Shown here one piece after another: positions 34,894 to 44,712 of a DNA stretch of 64,000 nt (position 1 is the stretch's first letter; each line of letters opens with the position of its first letter). The notes beneath the pieces were generated by a model. The model was not told the origin of the DNA. It did no database searches and was given only the letters and a program-made list of their open reading frames with translations. The DNA lies in the IMG/VR virus record IMGVR_UViG_3300045988_095776, positions 1 to 64,000 of that record. One strand, written 5' to 3'. The DNA comes from a virus. Both the position numbers and the translations under genes were made by a program.

Positions 34894-35586
34894 ATGAACA
34901 AATTACAGATTTTCAATTCAGAGGAGTTCGGAGAAATTCGAACAGTGACTATTGACAATGAACCTTGGTTCGTTGGAATTGACGTAGCGAAATCATTAGG
35001 ATATGCAAATCCTAAGAATGCAGTTCCCAAACATGTGAGTGAAGAAGATAAGCTGGGTACCCAAATTGAGTACGCAGGTCAGAGACGTGAAGTGACGGTA
35101 ATCAACGAATCCGGATTATATGCATTAATATTCGGAAGTAAGCTCGATTCGGCTAAGAGATTCAAACATTGGGTAACGGCAGAGGTTCTCCCTTCCATCC
35201 GCAAGACGGGTTCATACCAGAAACCGATGACCGTAGCAGAACAGATTCAGTTACTGGCTCAGGGCAATCAAGACCATGAGGAGCGAATCGAGAAACTTGA
35301 GAACACAATGACCATTGATTACGGTCAGCAGAAGTACATCAGTGATCTGGTTTCCAAGGTGGTAATCGAGGTATTAGGTGGAAAGAAATCCAATGCTTAT
35401 GATGAGATTGGAAAGAAAGTATTTGCAGAATGCAACAGGGATGTAAAGACTTACTTCGATGTAAATGCCAGAAATAACATTCCCAAACTAAGGTATCAGG
35501 AAGCAGTGGAATACATCAAAGAGTGGACACCTTGTACCAATACCAAAATGATGATTCGTGACTGTAATGCTCAGATGACAATGTAG
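34894..35586 (+). CDS. antirepressor (Bro-N + KilAC/ORF6C-like)
   Basis: FNSEEFGEIRTVTIDNEPWFVGIDVAKSLGY is a typical Bro-N motif. Confidence 0.75.
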   Translation: MNKLQIFNSEEFGEIRTVTIDNEPWFVGIDVAKSLGYANPKNAVPKHVSEEDKLGTQIEYAGQRREVTVINESGLYALIFGSKLDSAKRFKHWVTAEVLPSIRKTGSYQKPMTVAEQIQLLAQGNQDHEERIEKLENTMTIDYGQQKYISDLVSKVVIEVLGGKKSNAYDEIGKKVFAECNRDVKTYFDVNARNNIPKLRYQEAVEYIKEWTPCTNTKMMIRDCNAQMTM

Positions 35587-35597
35587 GAGGTGGGAAT

Positions 35598-35873
35598 GTG
35601 AAAACACCTAAAATTGAAATCCGCCAGGTGGACGGCGAAAAAGGAATCTTCACAGAAATCCTTGTGGACGGTCATAAACTTGAGGGAGTAAGAAGCTTCG
35701 AACTGAAGCAGGAGGTTGGAAACTCAATACCGATACTTTCCGTTGATTTGAACGCTTTAGATTTATCAACAGATTTAAAGCTGTTACAGGTGAACCAGAA
35801 AGGTATCGGAGAAATCGAAAGCATTAAATTCAAGGGACAGGAAATGCCAGTTGAGTTTGGCACAAAAGAATAG
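35598..35873 (+). CDS. hypothetical protein (GTG start)
   Basis: RBS GGAGGTGGG. Confidence 0.55.
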   Translation: MKTPKIEIRQVDGEKGIFTEILVDGHKLEGVRSFELKQEVGNSIPILSVDLNALDLSTDLKLLQVNQKGIGEIESIKFKGQEMPVEFGTKE

Positions 35874-35901
35874 GCTCCCATATTTCAGAGAGCCGTGAGG
35901 A

Positions 35902-36093
35902 TTACTTACTGAGATTTTGCAGAATTGAACAATCGCTGGCACGATTACAACAACCTGTAAAACCGGCATATTTACATTTTAATCTTCCGTTAATAGATTT
36001 TGGACTCTTATCTTCTAAAGAAGAAACGGAAATTTGAGTAAATTCGACAAAATAATCCTTGTTCTGTTTTACACAAAAACCAGAATACACCAT
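35902..36093 (-). CDS. hypothetical Cys-rich small protein
   Basis: strong minus-strand RBS GGAAGGAGGTG 8 nt before the ATG. Confidence 0.55.
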   Translation of the reverse strand: MVYSGFCVKQNKDYFVEFTQISVSSLEDKSPKSINGRLKCKYAGFTGCCNRASDCSILQNLSK

Positions 36094-36429
36094 TAAACAA
36101 ACACCTCCTTCCCATAAGGAAAGTATACCACATAAAAATGGAGGTAACCAAAATTAAAAACTTCATATATGAATTATTTTTCAAGAAAAGATATTCGGTA
36201 ATTGACATAGTGAGCATTTGCGTTGGAATTGTTATCGGAATCCATATTTTCGATAGTCTTGTTTAAAAAAATGTTTAGGGATGGTTTCACAGGATTGATG
36301 AAAACCATCAATATGCGGTAATAATTGCAAAATTTTATCTTTTTCATTTTAATCGGCATGGCGGTGCCTGTAAGGACATTATAAGGAGATGCAGAATAAA
36401 ACTCAATATCATATCGGAGGGACATAAAA

Positions 36430-36603
36430 ATGGCAAAATCATTAATCCTGTCAGCTCTGATCGGCGGTATGTCACCGTACCTGCCGTTCTGGAGATTTGA
36501 CAGTGCATCACAGCCGGTTGCAGTAGCAATCGCAATATTCGCATTATCATTCGTGGTTATTTACCCGGATGAAATTAAAAGAATCGGAGGAAAAGAAAGA
36601 TGA
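36430..36603 (+). CDS. small membrane protein (57 aa)
   Basis: not in track; RBS GGAGGGA; two hydrophobic segments; ATGA overlap with the next ORF. Confidence 0.5.
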   Translation: MAKSLILSALIGGMSPYLPFWRFDSASQPVAVAIAIFALSFVVIYPDEIKRIGGKER

Positions 36604-36872
36604 TTGAGACAAAAATGGGGGAAATCACACTTAAAGGCAGTAAAGCAGAATTAATAGCTGACTTAGCTGTTATCGTTCGTGGAATCAAAGAAACCATTAT
36701 GGAAGATGGCAAAAAAACAGAGGAATCTGTGAAGCAGGAGATTGACGAAGCGGTCAAAATCGGGCTGATGAACGAAGAAGAATTTAAAACTATTCAAAAA
36801 GAAAAAATCAAAGAAGTTGTAAAAACATTATTTGGCGAATTACTTGGAGGGCTTTTCGATGAAGATAAATGA
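36600..36872 (+). CDS. hypothetical protein
   Basis: 90 aa, coupled start. Confidence 0.6.
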   Translation: MIETKMGEITLKGSKAELIADLAVIVRGIKETIMEDGKKTEESVKQEIDEAVKIGLMNEEEFKTIQKEKIKEVVKTLFGELLGGLFDEDK

Positions 36873-37155
36873 TTTTGATAAGACCGTAGATGAGTTGTAT
36901 CAGTTGTGCCGGAGAGTTCAGAAAGAAACCGGCAGAACGGTAGCATTTCATTTTGCAAACTACAAGATCGGATGCAGCTTGCACATCAACATATATAAGA
37001 AAGAATCCTTAAGAGAATTTGATATGTACAGCATTGCAGAGGGCGGTTATCAGCAGGAAGAGAATGTAAAGAAAGTAACTGACCATTTAAACAAAATTTT
37101 GATGGACAACAAATGTCCGTATTGTGAGGGAGATTGCAATGGAGAAAGAAAATAA
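36859..37155 (+). CDS. hypothetical protein with C-terminal CPYCEGDC
   Basis: start moved to ATG 36859 after TGGAGGG. Confidence 0.55.
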   Translation: MKINDFDKTVDELYQLCRRVQKETGRTVAFHFANYKIGCSLHINIYKKESLREFDMYSIAEGGYQQEENVKKVTDHLNKILMDNKCPYCEGDCNGERK

Positions 37156-37156
37156 G

Positions 37157-37312
37157 ATGGATTTCAGAGCAGAGACCGTAGCCGAAGAGTATGCAGAGCT
37201 GGTAGGCAGATTAAAGGCATTTGAAGCGTATCTCAGAACAGAGGAAGGCGCCTTAGTTGAGAAGAAAGTGTGCTTCGCAATGCTGGGCCTCTGCACCAAA
37301 GAAAGCGAATAA
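37157..37312 (+). CDS. hypothetical small protein
   Basis: start moved to ATG 37157 after GGAGAAAG. Confidence 0.45.
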   Translation: MDFRAETVAEEYAELVGRLKAFEAYLRTEEGALVEKKVCFAMLGLCTKESE

Positions 37313-37443
37313 AAGTTGGCTCCACAGGTACCGACATACCACATGGAGCCACGTATCTAACTTAATTTGGCTAAGTTAAATACAGGGCTAGTATAACACA
37401 CCTTCCTGTATTTATCAATAAATAATTTAGGAGGGCATTTTTT

Positions 37444-37638
37444 ATGTCAAAAACACACACATCCAACGAACAGAAACCACTTGCAAGCGAGATTATTTGT
37501 GATCTGGAAGCAGAAAACGCAAAACTCGAAGCAAGAAACAAGAAACTCAGTAACATTGTTTTAAAGCAGGCAGCAGTTCTTGTGGAGACATTATTGCTGT
37601 TGAATGAAGAAGGTGATTTAGGAAATGAAAATTCGTGA
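37444..37638 (+). CDS. hypothetical coiled-coil protein
   Basis: RBS AGGAGGG. Confidence 0.55.
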   Translation: MSKTHTSNEQKPLASEIICDLEAENAKLEARNKKLSNIVLKQAAVLVETLLLLNEEGDLGNENS

Positions 37639-38242
37639 CGAAAACCAGGTGCTTTTATCTGGTGATATCCCGGCGGGATTCGTATTCTCACATGAAGAAT
37701 ACGGCGGAACCAAGATGTACGAGGGAAGAATGACAATATTCAGAAAGAATGCATCCTATGACATTCTTCCAATTATTGTACCAGAATACATGATTTCAAG
37801 AGAAACAGAGTTGATTGCTAGTGTATATGGTGAAATGCGAAGTCGTACAGTCCGGGAAGATGGTAAAAAAAGCCTTGCGGCGTATGTAAGAGCAATGAAT
37901 ATTCAGTATCTTGAAAGACTAGAAGAACACGACGCAAACGAAGTTTATCTGACCGGTTACCTGATTAAAAAGCCGACAATAAAGATGATTGGCACAAACA
38001 ACGACAGGAAGCTGGCAAGAATACTTCTGGCAGTAAACAGAAAGAAGAAAGCCGGATATACCAGATCAGACGCAATCAGTTGTTTATGCTGGGAGGAAAA
38101 CGCAGATGCCGTAGAAAATCTGAAAAAGGGAACAAAAATCAAACTCCGTGGAAGATTCCAAAGCCGTGAACTGTGGTCTGATCAGAGTCAATCATGGGTA
38201 ACAGTGTTGGAGGTATCAGTAAAAAGATTGGAGATTTTGTAA
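37625..38242 (+). CDS. hypothetical protein, possible OB-fold ssDNA-binding protein
   Basis: 205 aa upstream of the ATPase and RecT genes; assignment by context only. Confidence 0.3.
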   Translation: MKIRDENQVLLSGDIPAGFVFSHEEYGGTKMYEGRMTIFRKNASYDILPIIVPEYMISRETELIASVYGEMRSRTVREDGKKSLAAYVRAMNIQYLERLEEHDANEVYLTGYLIKKPTIKMIGTNNDRKLARILLAVNRKKKAGYTRSDAISCLCWEENADAVENLKKGTKIKLRGRFQSRELWSDQSQSWVTVLEVSVKRLEIL

Positions 38243-38243
38243 T

Positions 38244-40271
38244 ATGAAGAAAATCGAAGTAAGAGAAATTAGATTGACCGATTTTAAAGGCCAGTCAGAA
38301 AAGAAAATAGAGTTCGGACACAGAACAGTCGTTTCCGGTAAGAACGGATGCGGAAAAACCACACTGGCAGACGCTTTTATGTGGGTGTTCTGTGACAAGG
38401 ACTACAGCTTAAAAAGTAACCCGGATATCAGACCGGATGATGGTAGAGAATGTCTCCCAAGAGTTGACATTGACCTTTTGATTGACGGAAAACCAGTAAG
38501 CGTTTCTAAGTACCAGAAACGCACAGAAAGCAAGCCAAAGGACGGAAAACCGGGCAAGGTTGCATTATCCAACAAGTACGAAATCAACGGCGTTCCGAAA
38601 GCTGAAAGAGATTTTAAAGCCGATTTGAAAGAACGCGGATTTGATTTTGATAATTTCCTGAGGCTGTCTCACATGGAAATCTTCACAGACTTGAAAGATG
38701 CAGATGCCAGAAAGATTCTGTTTTCCATGTCAGACGGTGCCGGGAAATCAGATTTAGAGATTGCCAAGACAGTTCCAGATTGTGCCGAGTTAGTACCACT
38801 TCTGGAAACCTACAAAGCAGACGAAATTAAGGCCATGAACAGTGCAACACTGAAAAAGGCAGAGGAACAGTTGAAAGCCATTCCAAACCAGATTATCGGT
38901 ATGGAGCAGGCGAAAGTCGATGCTGATACCGCCGAATTGGAATTGCAGAAGAATGCCTTGCAGGAACAGATTTCAGACCTCGAAAAGCAGATTGCGCAGG
39001 CAGGGAACGAGAAAGCTGGAGAGATTAAAGCGGAACTGGCAGGGTTAAGAACCAAACTGTTAGAGACGGAATCAAAGGCTAAAGCGAACTTGTTAGAGCA
39101 GAAATCATCGGTTTGCAATAAAGTTAGCAGTTTTGAATTAGACAGGAATATCAAAACATCAGAGTTGAACAGAAAGACTTCTACATTGGAAAGCCTGAGA
39201 GCGCAGAAAAAAGATCTTCTTGAAAAATTACAGAACGCCAGAACACAGTATCCCAAAATCAAAGACACAGAATGGGACAACACAGTTCTGGAAAGCATTA
39301 AATCCGAGGCATTCAAGGACGCAGATACCATTTGCCCGACTTGTGGTCATAGTCTTCCACCAGAGCAGATTGAGCAGTTAAAGAGCAGATTTGAACAGAA
39401 GAAGCAGGAAAGAATCAATCAGCAGTTAAAAGCCAAGGAAGAATGGGAACAGGACAAGAAACGCAAACTTGATGAAGTTATTCAGGTTGGAAACAAAGCG
39501 TCTGCCGATATGAAAGAAGCGCATAAGCAAGAAGAAACCCTCACATCTGAGATTTCCAAACTGACAGATGAATTAGAGCAGATCAAAACTTCTCTGGATG
39601 CAGAAAACAAAAATTTGGAATCCATACCGAAAGAGCCAGATTTCTCAGAAAACGCCGAATATCAGCAAATTCTTGTATCAATCAAAGAGAAAGAGCAGGA
39701 ACTTAATTCTCTGGACGATGGCGAAGAAGCAAAGAAACAGCTTTCAGAGCAGTTATCCGGCAAGAAACAGGAATTGGAAGCAGTTAATCAGAAAATCGGA
39801 GAAGCCAACAACAACGTCCGAATTGACGAGCAGATTGCGGAACTGGAAGCCAGCAGGACGGAATATTCTCAGAAGAAAGCTGATGCACAGATGATTCTGG
39901 ATGAACTGAAATCACTGAGTATGGCAAAAAATACAGCCCTTGAAGATACGGTGAACCAGTATTTTGACGGTGTTAAGGTGAAACTGTTCGATACGCAGAA
40001 AAACGGCGAAGTCGTAGATGCTTGCATCTGGTACGTGCAGGACAAGGATGGTAACTGGAAGAAATTAATCGGGAATGCCAATACAGCCCTGATGATGAAA
40101 GGCAAAATTGCCATCATGTACGGCTTACAGAAGTTTTACGGCGTGAGTTATCCAATATTCGTAGACTGCGCAGCAGAACTGGATAACATCAGTCTGGCAG
40201 GAATTAAGGCAGATGCGCAGTTAATTTTCTTGAAAGTTGCTGAATGGGATATGAAGGTAGCGGAGATTTGA
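38244..40271 (+). CDS. AAA/SMC-like ATPase with long coiled coil (SbcC/RecF-like)
   Basis: Walker A GKNGCGKTT; central coiled coil with CPTCGH zinc hook-like motif. Confidence 0.65.
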   Translation: MKKIEVREIRLTDFKGQSEKKIEFGHRTVVSGKNGCGKTTLADAFMWVFCDKDYSLKSNPDIRPDDGRECLPRVDIDLLIDGKPVSVSKYQKRTESKPKDGKPGKVALSNKYEINGVPKAERDFKADLKERGFDFDNFLRLSHMEIFTDLKDADARKILFSMSDGAGKSDLEIAKTVPDCAELVPLLETYKADEIKAMNSATLKKAEEQLKAIPNQIIGMEQAKVDADTAELELQKNALQEQISDLEKQIAQAGNEKAGEIKAELAGLRTKLLETESKAKANLLEQKSSVCNKVSSFELDRNIKTSELNRKTSTLESLRAQKKDLLEKLQNARTQYPKIKDTEWDNTVLESIKSEAFKDADTICPTCGHSLPPEQIEQLKSRFEQKKQERINQQLKAKEEWEQDKKRKLDEVIQVGNKASADMKEAHKQEETLTSEISKLTDELEQIKTSLDAENKNLESIPKEPDFSENAEYQQILVSIKEKEQELNSLDDGEEAKKQLSEQLSGKKQELEAVNQKIGEANNNVRIDEQIAELEASRTEYSQKKADAQMILDELKSLSMAKNTALEDTVNQYFDGVKVKLFDTQKNGEVVDACIWYVQDKDGNWKKLIGNANTALMMKGKIAIMYGLQKFYGVSYPIFVDCAAELDNISLAGIKADAQLIFLKVAEWDMKVAEI

Positions 40272-40619
40272 GAAAAGTGGAACAGCTAGGAACTTGTTTG
40301 GCGACAGCCTAGCTGCTCCACACAAAATATAGAGCAAACTATATTTGCTAATAGCATAACAGATAATTTTAGCTTAATCAAGCTACAGGTGATTTTGCAC
40401 CTGCAAAGTGAGGAACGTGTTAACTCACTAGAACCTATATAAATTTAATATTTGAGGTTTGACAAGCCTATGAATTTACATGGGTACAAAACTTCCATTC
40501 TTTTTTATCGCTAAACTCCGGTGGTTTGAAACCCTACAAAACAGCACAGGTACGAAACGATGCAATCACGCAAATAGCGTGTTAGCAAATATATAAAAAT
40601 ATAGAAAAGGAGAATTGTT

Positions 40620-41567
40620 ATGGCAAATAAAACACAGTTAGCAACAGCAGGAGAACAGCAGGCGGCAATCGTAATCAACAACTCATTCATTGATGGATTG
40701 GTCAAGCAGCTTGAAAAAAAATGTGAATATGGTCTTTCGTTCCCAAAAGACTACAACCTCAGTAATGCACTCATGGGGGCATATCTGACTCTGAAAGAGA
40801 CAAAAGACAGAAACAATAAGCCAATTCTGGAATCTTGCACAGCTACAAGCATTGCAAACAGCCTTATGAACATGGCAACGCTCGGACTTTCAGTTCAGAA
40901 AAAACAGGGTTATTTCATTGCCTATTCCGGTCAGTGCCAGTTCCAGAGGTCTTACTTCGGAAACATTACAATCGCCAGAAGATATGGAATGAAAGATATT
41001 CATGCTGAGATCATCTACGATGGCGACAAGTTCAAATATCATATCGAAGATGGAAACAAGGTTCTGAATTCTCATGAACAGGATTTTATGAACATTGACA
41101 ACGATAAGATTCTTGGGGCATATGCAGTAGTACTGATGGAAGATGGAACAAAACATCTAGAAGTAATGAACATAAAGCAGATCAAACAGGCTTGGTCACA
41201 GGGTTATGGTTACAAGGAAAACGGCAATGGAACACATCAGAAATTTACTGACCAGATGGCAAAGAAAACAGTTATCAATCGTGCATTAAAGCAGATTATC
41301 AATAGTCATGGTGATATTTTTATTCAGGAAGTCGAGGAAGCTACAGAAGAAATTCCAAAGCAGGACATTATTGAGCATGAAGTCGCTTATGAAATCGAGC
41401 AGAACGCCAATGCAGAAGAATTTATCCCAGATGAGCCAGTGGCAATCGAAGAGCAGCCGAAACAGCCAACAGTCGCAGAAGTTGTAAAGACTGCCGAGAA
41501 AGAACCAGTTCCGGCAGCAGGTAAAGAACCAGAAATTCCGGATTTTATGAAGCAGGAGGAGATGTGA
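40620..41567 (+). CDS. recT: RecT-family single-strand annealing recombinase
   Basis: 315 aa, RBS AAAGGAG; sequence pattern of the RecT family; recombination-module context. Confidence 0.65.
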   Translation: MANKTQLATAGEQQAAIVINNSFIDGLVKQLEKKCEYGLSFPKDYNLSNALMGAYLTLKETKDRNNKPILESCTATSIANSLMNMATLGLSVQKKQGYFIAYSGQCQFQRSYFGNITIARRYGMKDIHAEIIYDGDKFKYHIEDGNKVLNSHEQDFMNIDNDKILGAYAVVLMEDGTKHLEVMNIKQIKQAWSQGYGYKENGNGTHQKFTDQMAKKTVINRALKQIINSHGDIFIQEVEEATEEIPKQDIIEHEVAYEIEQNANAEEFIPDEPVAIEEQPKQPTVAEVVKTAEKEPVPAAGKEPEIPDFMKQEEM

Positions 41568-41568
41568 T

Positions 41569-42174
41569 ATGAACAATAAAGAAATTTTACAGAAAGCAAA
41601 GGAACTGGTTGAACTTCTGGAACAACAGGAAGAAACCGGAAAGGTTGAGTTGTCAACACTGAAACGAGGAGATGTGTTCCAGACTACAGGGAAACGCAAA
41701 TACAAAGTGTTGCAGCAGTATGGCGATACAACGAAAATTATTTCGCTTGATCTGGTGAAAGAAAATGTAGAGTTTGGTGATACCTCAGATTACAAAACAT
41801 CAAAGGTAAAGAAACTGTGTGACACTGAAATCCTGAAAGACTTCGAAGAAGAATTCGGGGCAGGAAATATCAAGACACACACAGCAGATATTATCACTGC
41901 GGATGGACAGAAAGTCGGAAATGTAAAATGCAAAATCCGTCCAATTACGTTTGATGAAGCACGAGAATACACAGATATTACACCGAACAATGATCTGAAC
42001 GACTGGTATTGGACGTTGTCGCCATGGTCGACAGAAGAGCACGGATGGAGTAGAAGCTTATCCGTTGTTTCCCCTTCGGGCTGTATCGGCGTCTACATTT
42101 ACAGCAACGGTTATGGTGTTCGCCCAGTTTGTATCTTAAAATCTAATATCTTTGTATCTAAGGTGGAGGAATGA
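41569..42174 (+). CDS. DGR target protein 1 (C-terminal variable C-type-lectin-like region)
   Basis: VR1 in the last ~35 codons; WYWTLSPWS...GVRPVCI. Confidence 0.85.
   Translation: MNNKEILQKAKELVELLEQQEETGKVELSTLKRGDVFQTTGKRKYKVLQQYGDTTKIISLDLVKENVEFGDTSDYKTSKVKKLCDTEILKDFEEEFGAGNIKTHTADIITADGQKVGNVKCKIRPITFDEAREYTDITPNNDLNDWYWTLSPWSTEEHGWSRSLSVVSPSGCIGVYIYSNGYGVRPVCILKSNIFVSKVEE
42062..42126 (+). repeat. DGR variable repeat VR1
   Basis: 65 nt; 11 differences from TR, all at TR adenines. Confidence 0.9.
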
Positions 42175-42176
42175 TT

Positions 42177-42776
42177 ATGAAGAAAAATCTGAAATATTTT
42201 GAGGATGAATTATCCAGATTAAGTAAAGAGTCCACAGAATTCAAGAAAAAGCACATCGGAAAGCCGGAAATCGGAAAAGCTATTAAGCTTGCTGGCATGG
42301 AATGGCTGATTCTGGATAATACAGAAAAAGGATATTTTGCCATTTTGAATGGATTTGATGGAAAAGAAAGAGCATTTGATTCAGATTCAAATAACTGGAT
42401 TTCAAGTAAACTGAGAAATGAGTTAAATACTCGTTTTCTTAAAAAAATTACTGACGAGTTTGGAGAAGATGCAGTTATTGAGTTTGATCGAGATTTGCTT
42501 TCTTTGGACGGTCAGACAGAATATGGACATTGTAAAGATAAGATTTCGATTTTGACGATGGACGAATACCGAAAATACAGAAAATTCCTTCCAAATATGG
42601 GTAAATGGTGGTGGTTGCTTACTCCATGGAGTACACCAGCAAATGATTACAGTAAAACACTTACCGTTGTTTCCCCTTCGGGCTATGTCAACCGCAACTT
42701 TTGCAGCAGCGGAAGTGGTGTTCGCCCAGTTTGTATCTTTTCTTCTTCAATCTTTGAATCGGGGAATGATGATTGA
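42177..42776 (+). CDS. DGR target protein 2 (paralog of target 1)
   Basis: VR2 at the 3' end; WWWLLTPWS...GVRPVCI; start moved to ATG 42177 (7 nt after GGAGG). Confidence 0.85.
   Translation: MKKNLKYFEDELSRLSKESTEFKKKHIGKPEIGKAIKLAGMEWLILDNTEKGYFAILNGFDGKERAFDSDSNNWISSKLRNELNTRFLKKITDEFGEDAVIEFDRDLLSLDGQTEYGHCKDKISILTMDEYRKYRKFLPNMGKWWWLLTPWSTPANDYSKTLTVVSPSGYVNRNFCSSGSGVRPVCIFSSSIFESGNDD
42664..42728 (+). repeat. DGR variable repeat VR2
   Basis: 65 nt; 10 differences from TR, all at TR adenines. Confidence 0.9.
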
Positions 42777-43147
42777 TGGCAAATGAAGATTTAAAGGTAA
42801 TAACAAAGGCCAAGCAGCTTGCAAAGCATACATTAATAGTTACGAGCAATGCCAGACGATACCCGAAAAAATATAGGTTTTCACTTGTAGATAAAATGCA
42901 AAATAAAGCATTGGAAATTTATGAGTCACTATTTGAAGCCAACCGAACTGATCTGAAAGATTATAAAGGAGAACGATTAGAACTTCAAACAAAAGCCATT
43001 ACTCATTGTGATGAGTTGATGTACTTTATAGAACTTTCATATGAATTGGGAATTATCAATTCCGGTGGAATGGAAGCATGGTCGCAAATGGTAAAAGATA
43101 TAAAGTATATGACTATTTCATGGAGAACAAAAGACAGAAAAAGATAA
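42776..43147 (+). CDS. avd: DGR accessory variability determinant (Avd, four-helix-bundle type)
   Basis: 123-aa basic helical protein between targets and TR; TGATG overlap with target 2. Confidence 0.75.
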   Translation: MANEDLKVITKAKQLAKHTLIVTSNARRYPKKYRFSLVDKMQNKALEIYESLFEANRTDLKDYKGERLELQTKAITHCDELMYFIELSYELGIINSGGMEAWSQMVKDIKYMTISWRTKDRKR

Positions 43148-43173
43148 TTTTCACAGGTTATGCACTGCGAATA

Positions 43174-43238
43174 CCGTTGTTTCCCCTTCGGGCTATATCA
43201 ACAACAACAATTACAACAACGAAAATGGTGTTCGCCCA
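43174..43238 (+). repeat. DGR template repeat (TR)
   Basis: ccgttgtttccccttcgggctatatcaacaacaacaattacaacaacgaaaatggtgttcgccca; 20 adenines, AAC/AAT-rich. Confidence 0.9.
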
Positions 43239-43342
43239 ACATGGATCACATGCAGACAGAGTAAGCGTAAAGCTGAAATCAGAAAAGATACAAGCAAATG
43301 CATAACCTTTCCGCAATGGACAAACATAAAGGAACAAAATAA

Positions 43343-44362
43343 ATGGATAAAGAAATTGTTGCAAATTTTGAGAATTTATATCGTTCTTACAAAAAGGTTA
43401 AGAGCGGTAAAAAATTTAATTCAGGTACTGCAAGATTTTCTAATTTGTCTCTTGAAGGCATTCATCTCTTGAAGGAACAATTAGAAAGTCAAACGTATAC
43501 CATAAATCCGTATAATAAATTTCAAATTCATGAGCCAAAAGAGCGAACGATAGAATCATGTGCATTTAAGGACAAAGTAGTGCAGAGATGCTTTTCTGAT
43601 TACATTCTGACGCCGAATCTTGAAAATATCCTGATTAAATGGAATACTGCCGGGCAGCAAGGAAAAGGGCAACATATGGCAATGGACGGGTTAAGAAATC
43701 AAATGTTGGATGTCTATAAAAGAAATGGAATGAATAGTTGGATTGTAAAATGTGATATTCACAAATACTTTTATTGCATAGACCATGAAATCATGAAAGA
43801 TGTTTTGGATTATTACTTTGATGATGATTTTACAGTCTGGTTGAACCATTTGTTTATCGATAGTACAGATAATCCGGGACTTCCATTAGGGAATCAGGTA
43901 AATCAGAAATACGCTCTTTTGTTGTTACATTCATTGGATCAAATGATAACGATTGAATTTGGAAATCCATATTACGGACGATACAACGATGATTTTTATG
44001 TGATTTGTAAAACGAAAGAAGATGCCAGAGAAATTCTCGAAGCAATCCGAATGATGATTGAAAGTCTTAGACTGGAATTAAACCCTAAATCACAAATTGT
44101 ACCATTTCGCATGGGCTTGTGTTACCTGGGCTTTCATCATTACGTAACTGATGAAGGAAAATACATCAGAAAATTGCGTGGTGATAAGAAAAGAAAAACA
44201 CAGAGAAAAATCCGAAGATGGGTACGGTCAGTGAATGACGGGAAGATGTCGATAGAAAAATTCCATGAAAAATACGGAGCATGCAAGAATCATATGCTTC
44301 ATGGAAATTGCACCAAACTATGTCATAGTATTGATTTAGAAATTGAAAGGAGAATGAAATGA
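43343..44362 (+). CDS. DGR reverse transcriptase
   Basis: GLPLGNQVNQ (DGR-specific motif) and YGRYNDDF (YxDD). Confidence 0.9.
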   Translation: MDKEIVANFENLYRSYKKVKSGKKFNSGTARFSNLSLEGIHLLKEQLESQTYTINPYNKFQIHEPKERTIESCAFKDKVVQRCFSDYILTPNLENILIKWNTAGQQGKGQHMAMDGLRNQMLDVYKRNGMNSWIVKCDIHKYFYCIDHEIMKDVLDYYFDDDFTVWLNHLFIDSTDNPGLPLGNQVNQKYALLLLHSLDQMITIEFGNPYYGRYNDDFYVICKTKEDAREILEAIRMMIESLRLELNPKSQIVPFRMGLCYLGFHHYVTDEGKYIRKLRGDKKRKTQRKIRRWVRSVNDGKMSIEKFHEKYGACKNHMLHGNCTKLCHSIDLEIERRMK

Positions 44363-44700
44363 GATTAGTAAGTCAGAATGGGGAATTTGATGTCCCTTAT
44401 GAAATCGCAGCATTAAGCAGAACTGGAAATATCATAAAAGCATATGTGCCAATGGTAGGTGAAAAAGGAACAATTATGGCTCGTTATTCGACAAATGAAA
44501 AAGCCCAAAAAGCTATGAAAGCGTTGCATAAAGTGTATGCAGGAATGTTTTTTGCGCAAAACGTTGAAATGAGCGATGATGATTACGAGGAATTTATAAA
44601 AATGGCTGCAAGAGGTTTTGATGATTCAAAAACCATGGTTAGCAGTCCAGATATGAAATTTGAACCAGCAAACATTGTATTCAGATTTCCAAAGGATTGA
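44359..44700 (+). CDS. hypothetical protein
   Basis: ATGA overlap with the RT gene. Confidence 0.6.
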   Translation: MRLVSQNGEFDVPYEIAALSRTGNIIKAYVPMVGEKGTIMARYSTNEKAQKAMKALHKVYAGMFFAQNVEMSDDDYEEFIKMAARGFDDSKTMVSSPDMKFEPANIVFRFPKD

Positions 44701-44712
44701 GAGGTATAAAAA

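Larger units (their letters stand above)
41569..44362 (+). mobile_element. diversity-generating retroelement cassette: target1-target2-avd-TR-RT
   Basis: TR/VR adenine-only differences plus DGR-type RT and Avd (see findings). Confidence 0.9.
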
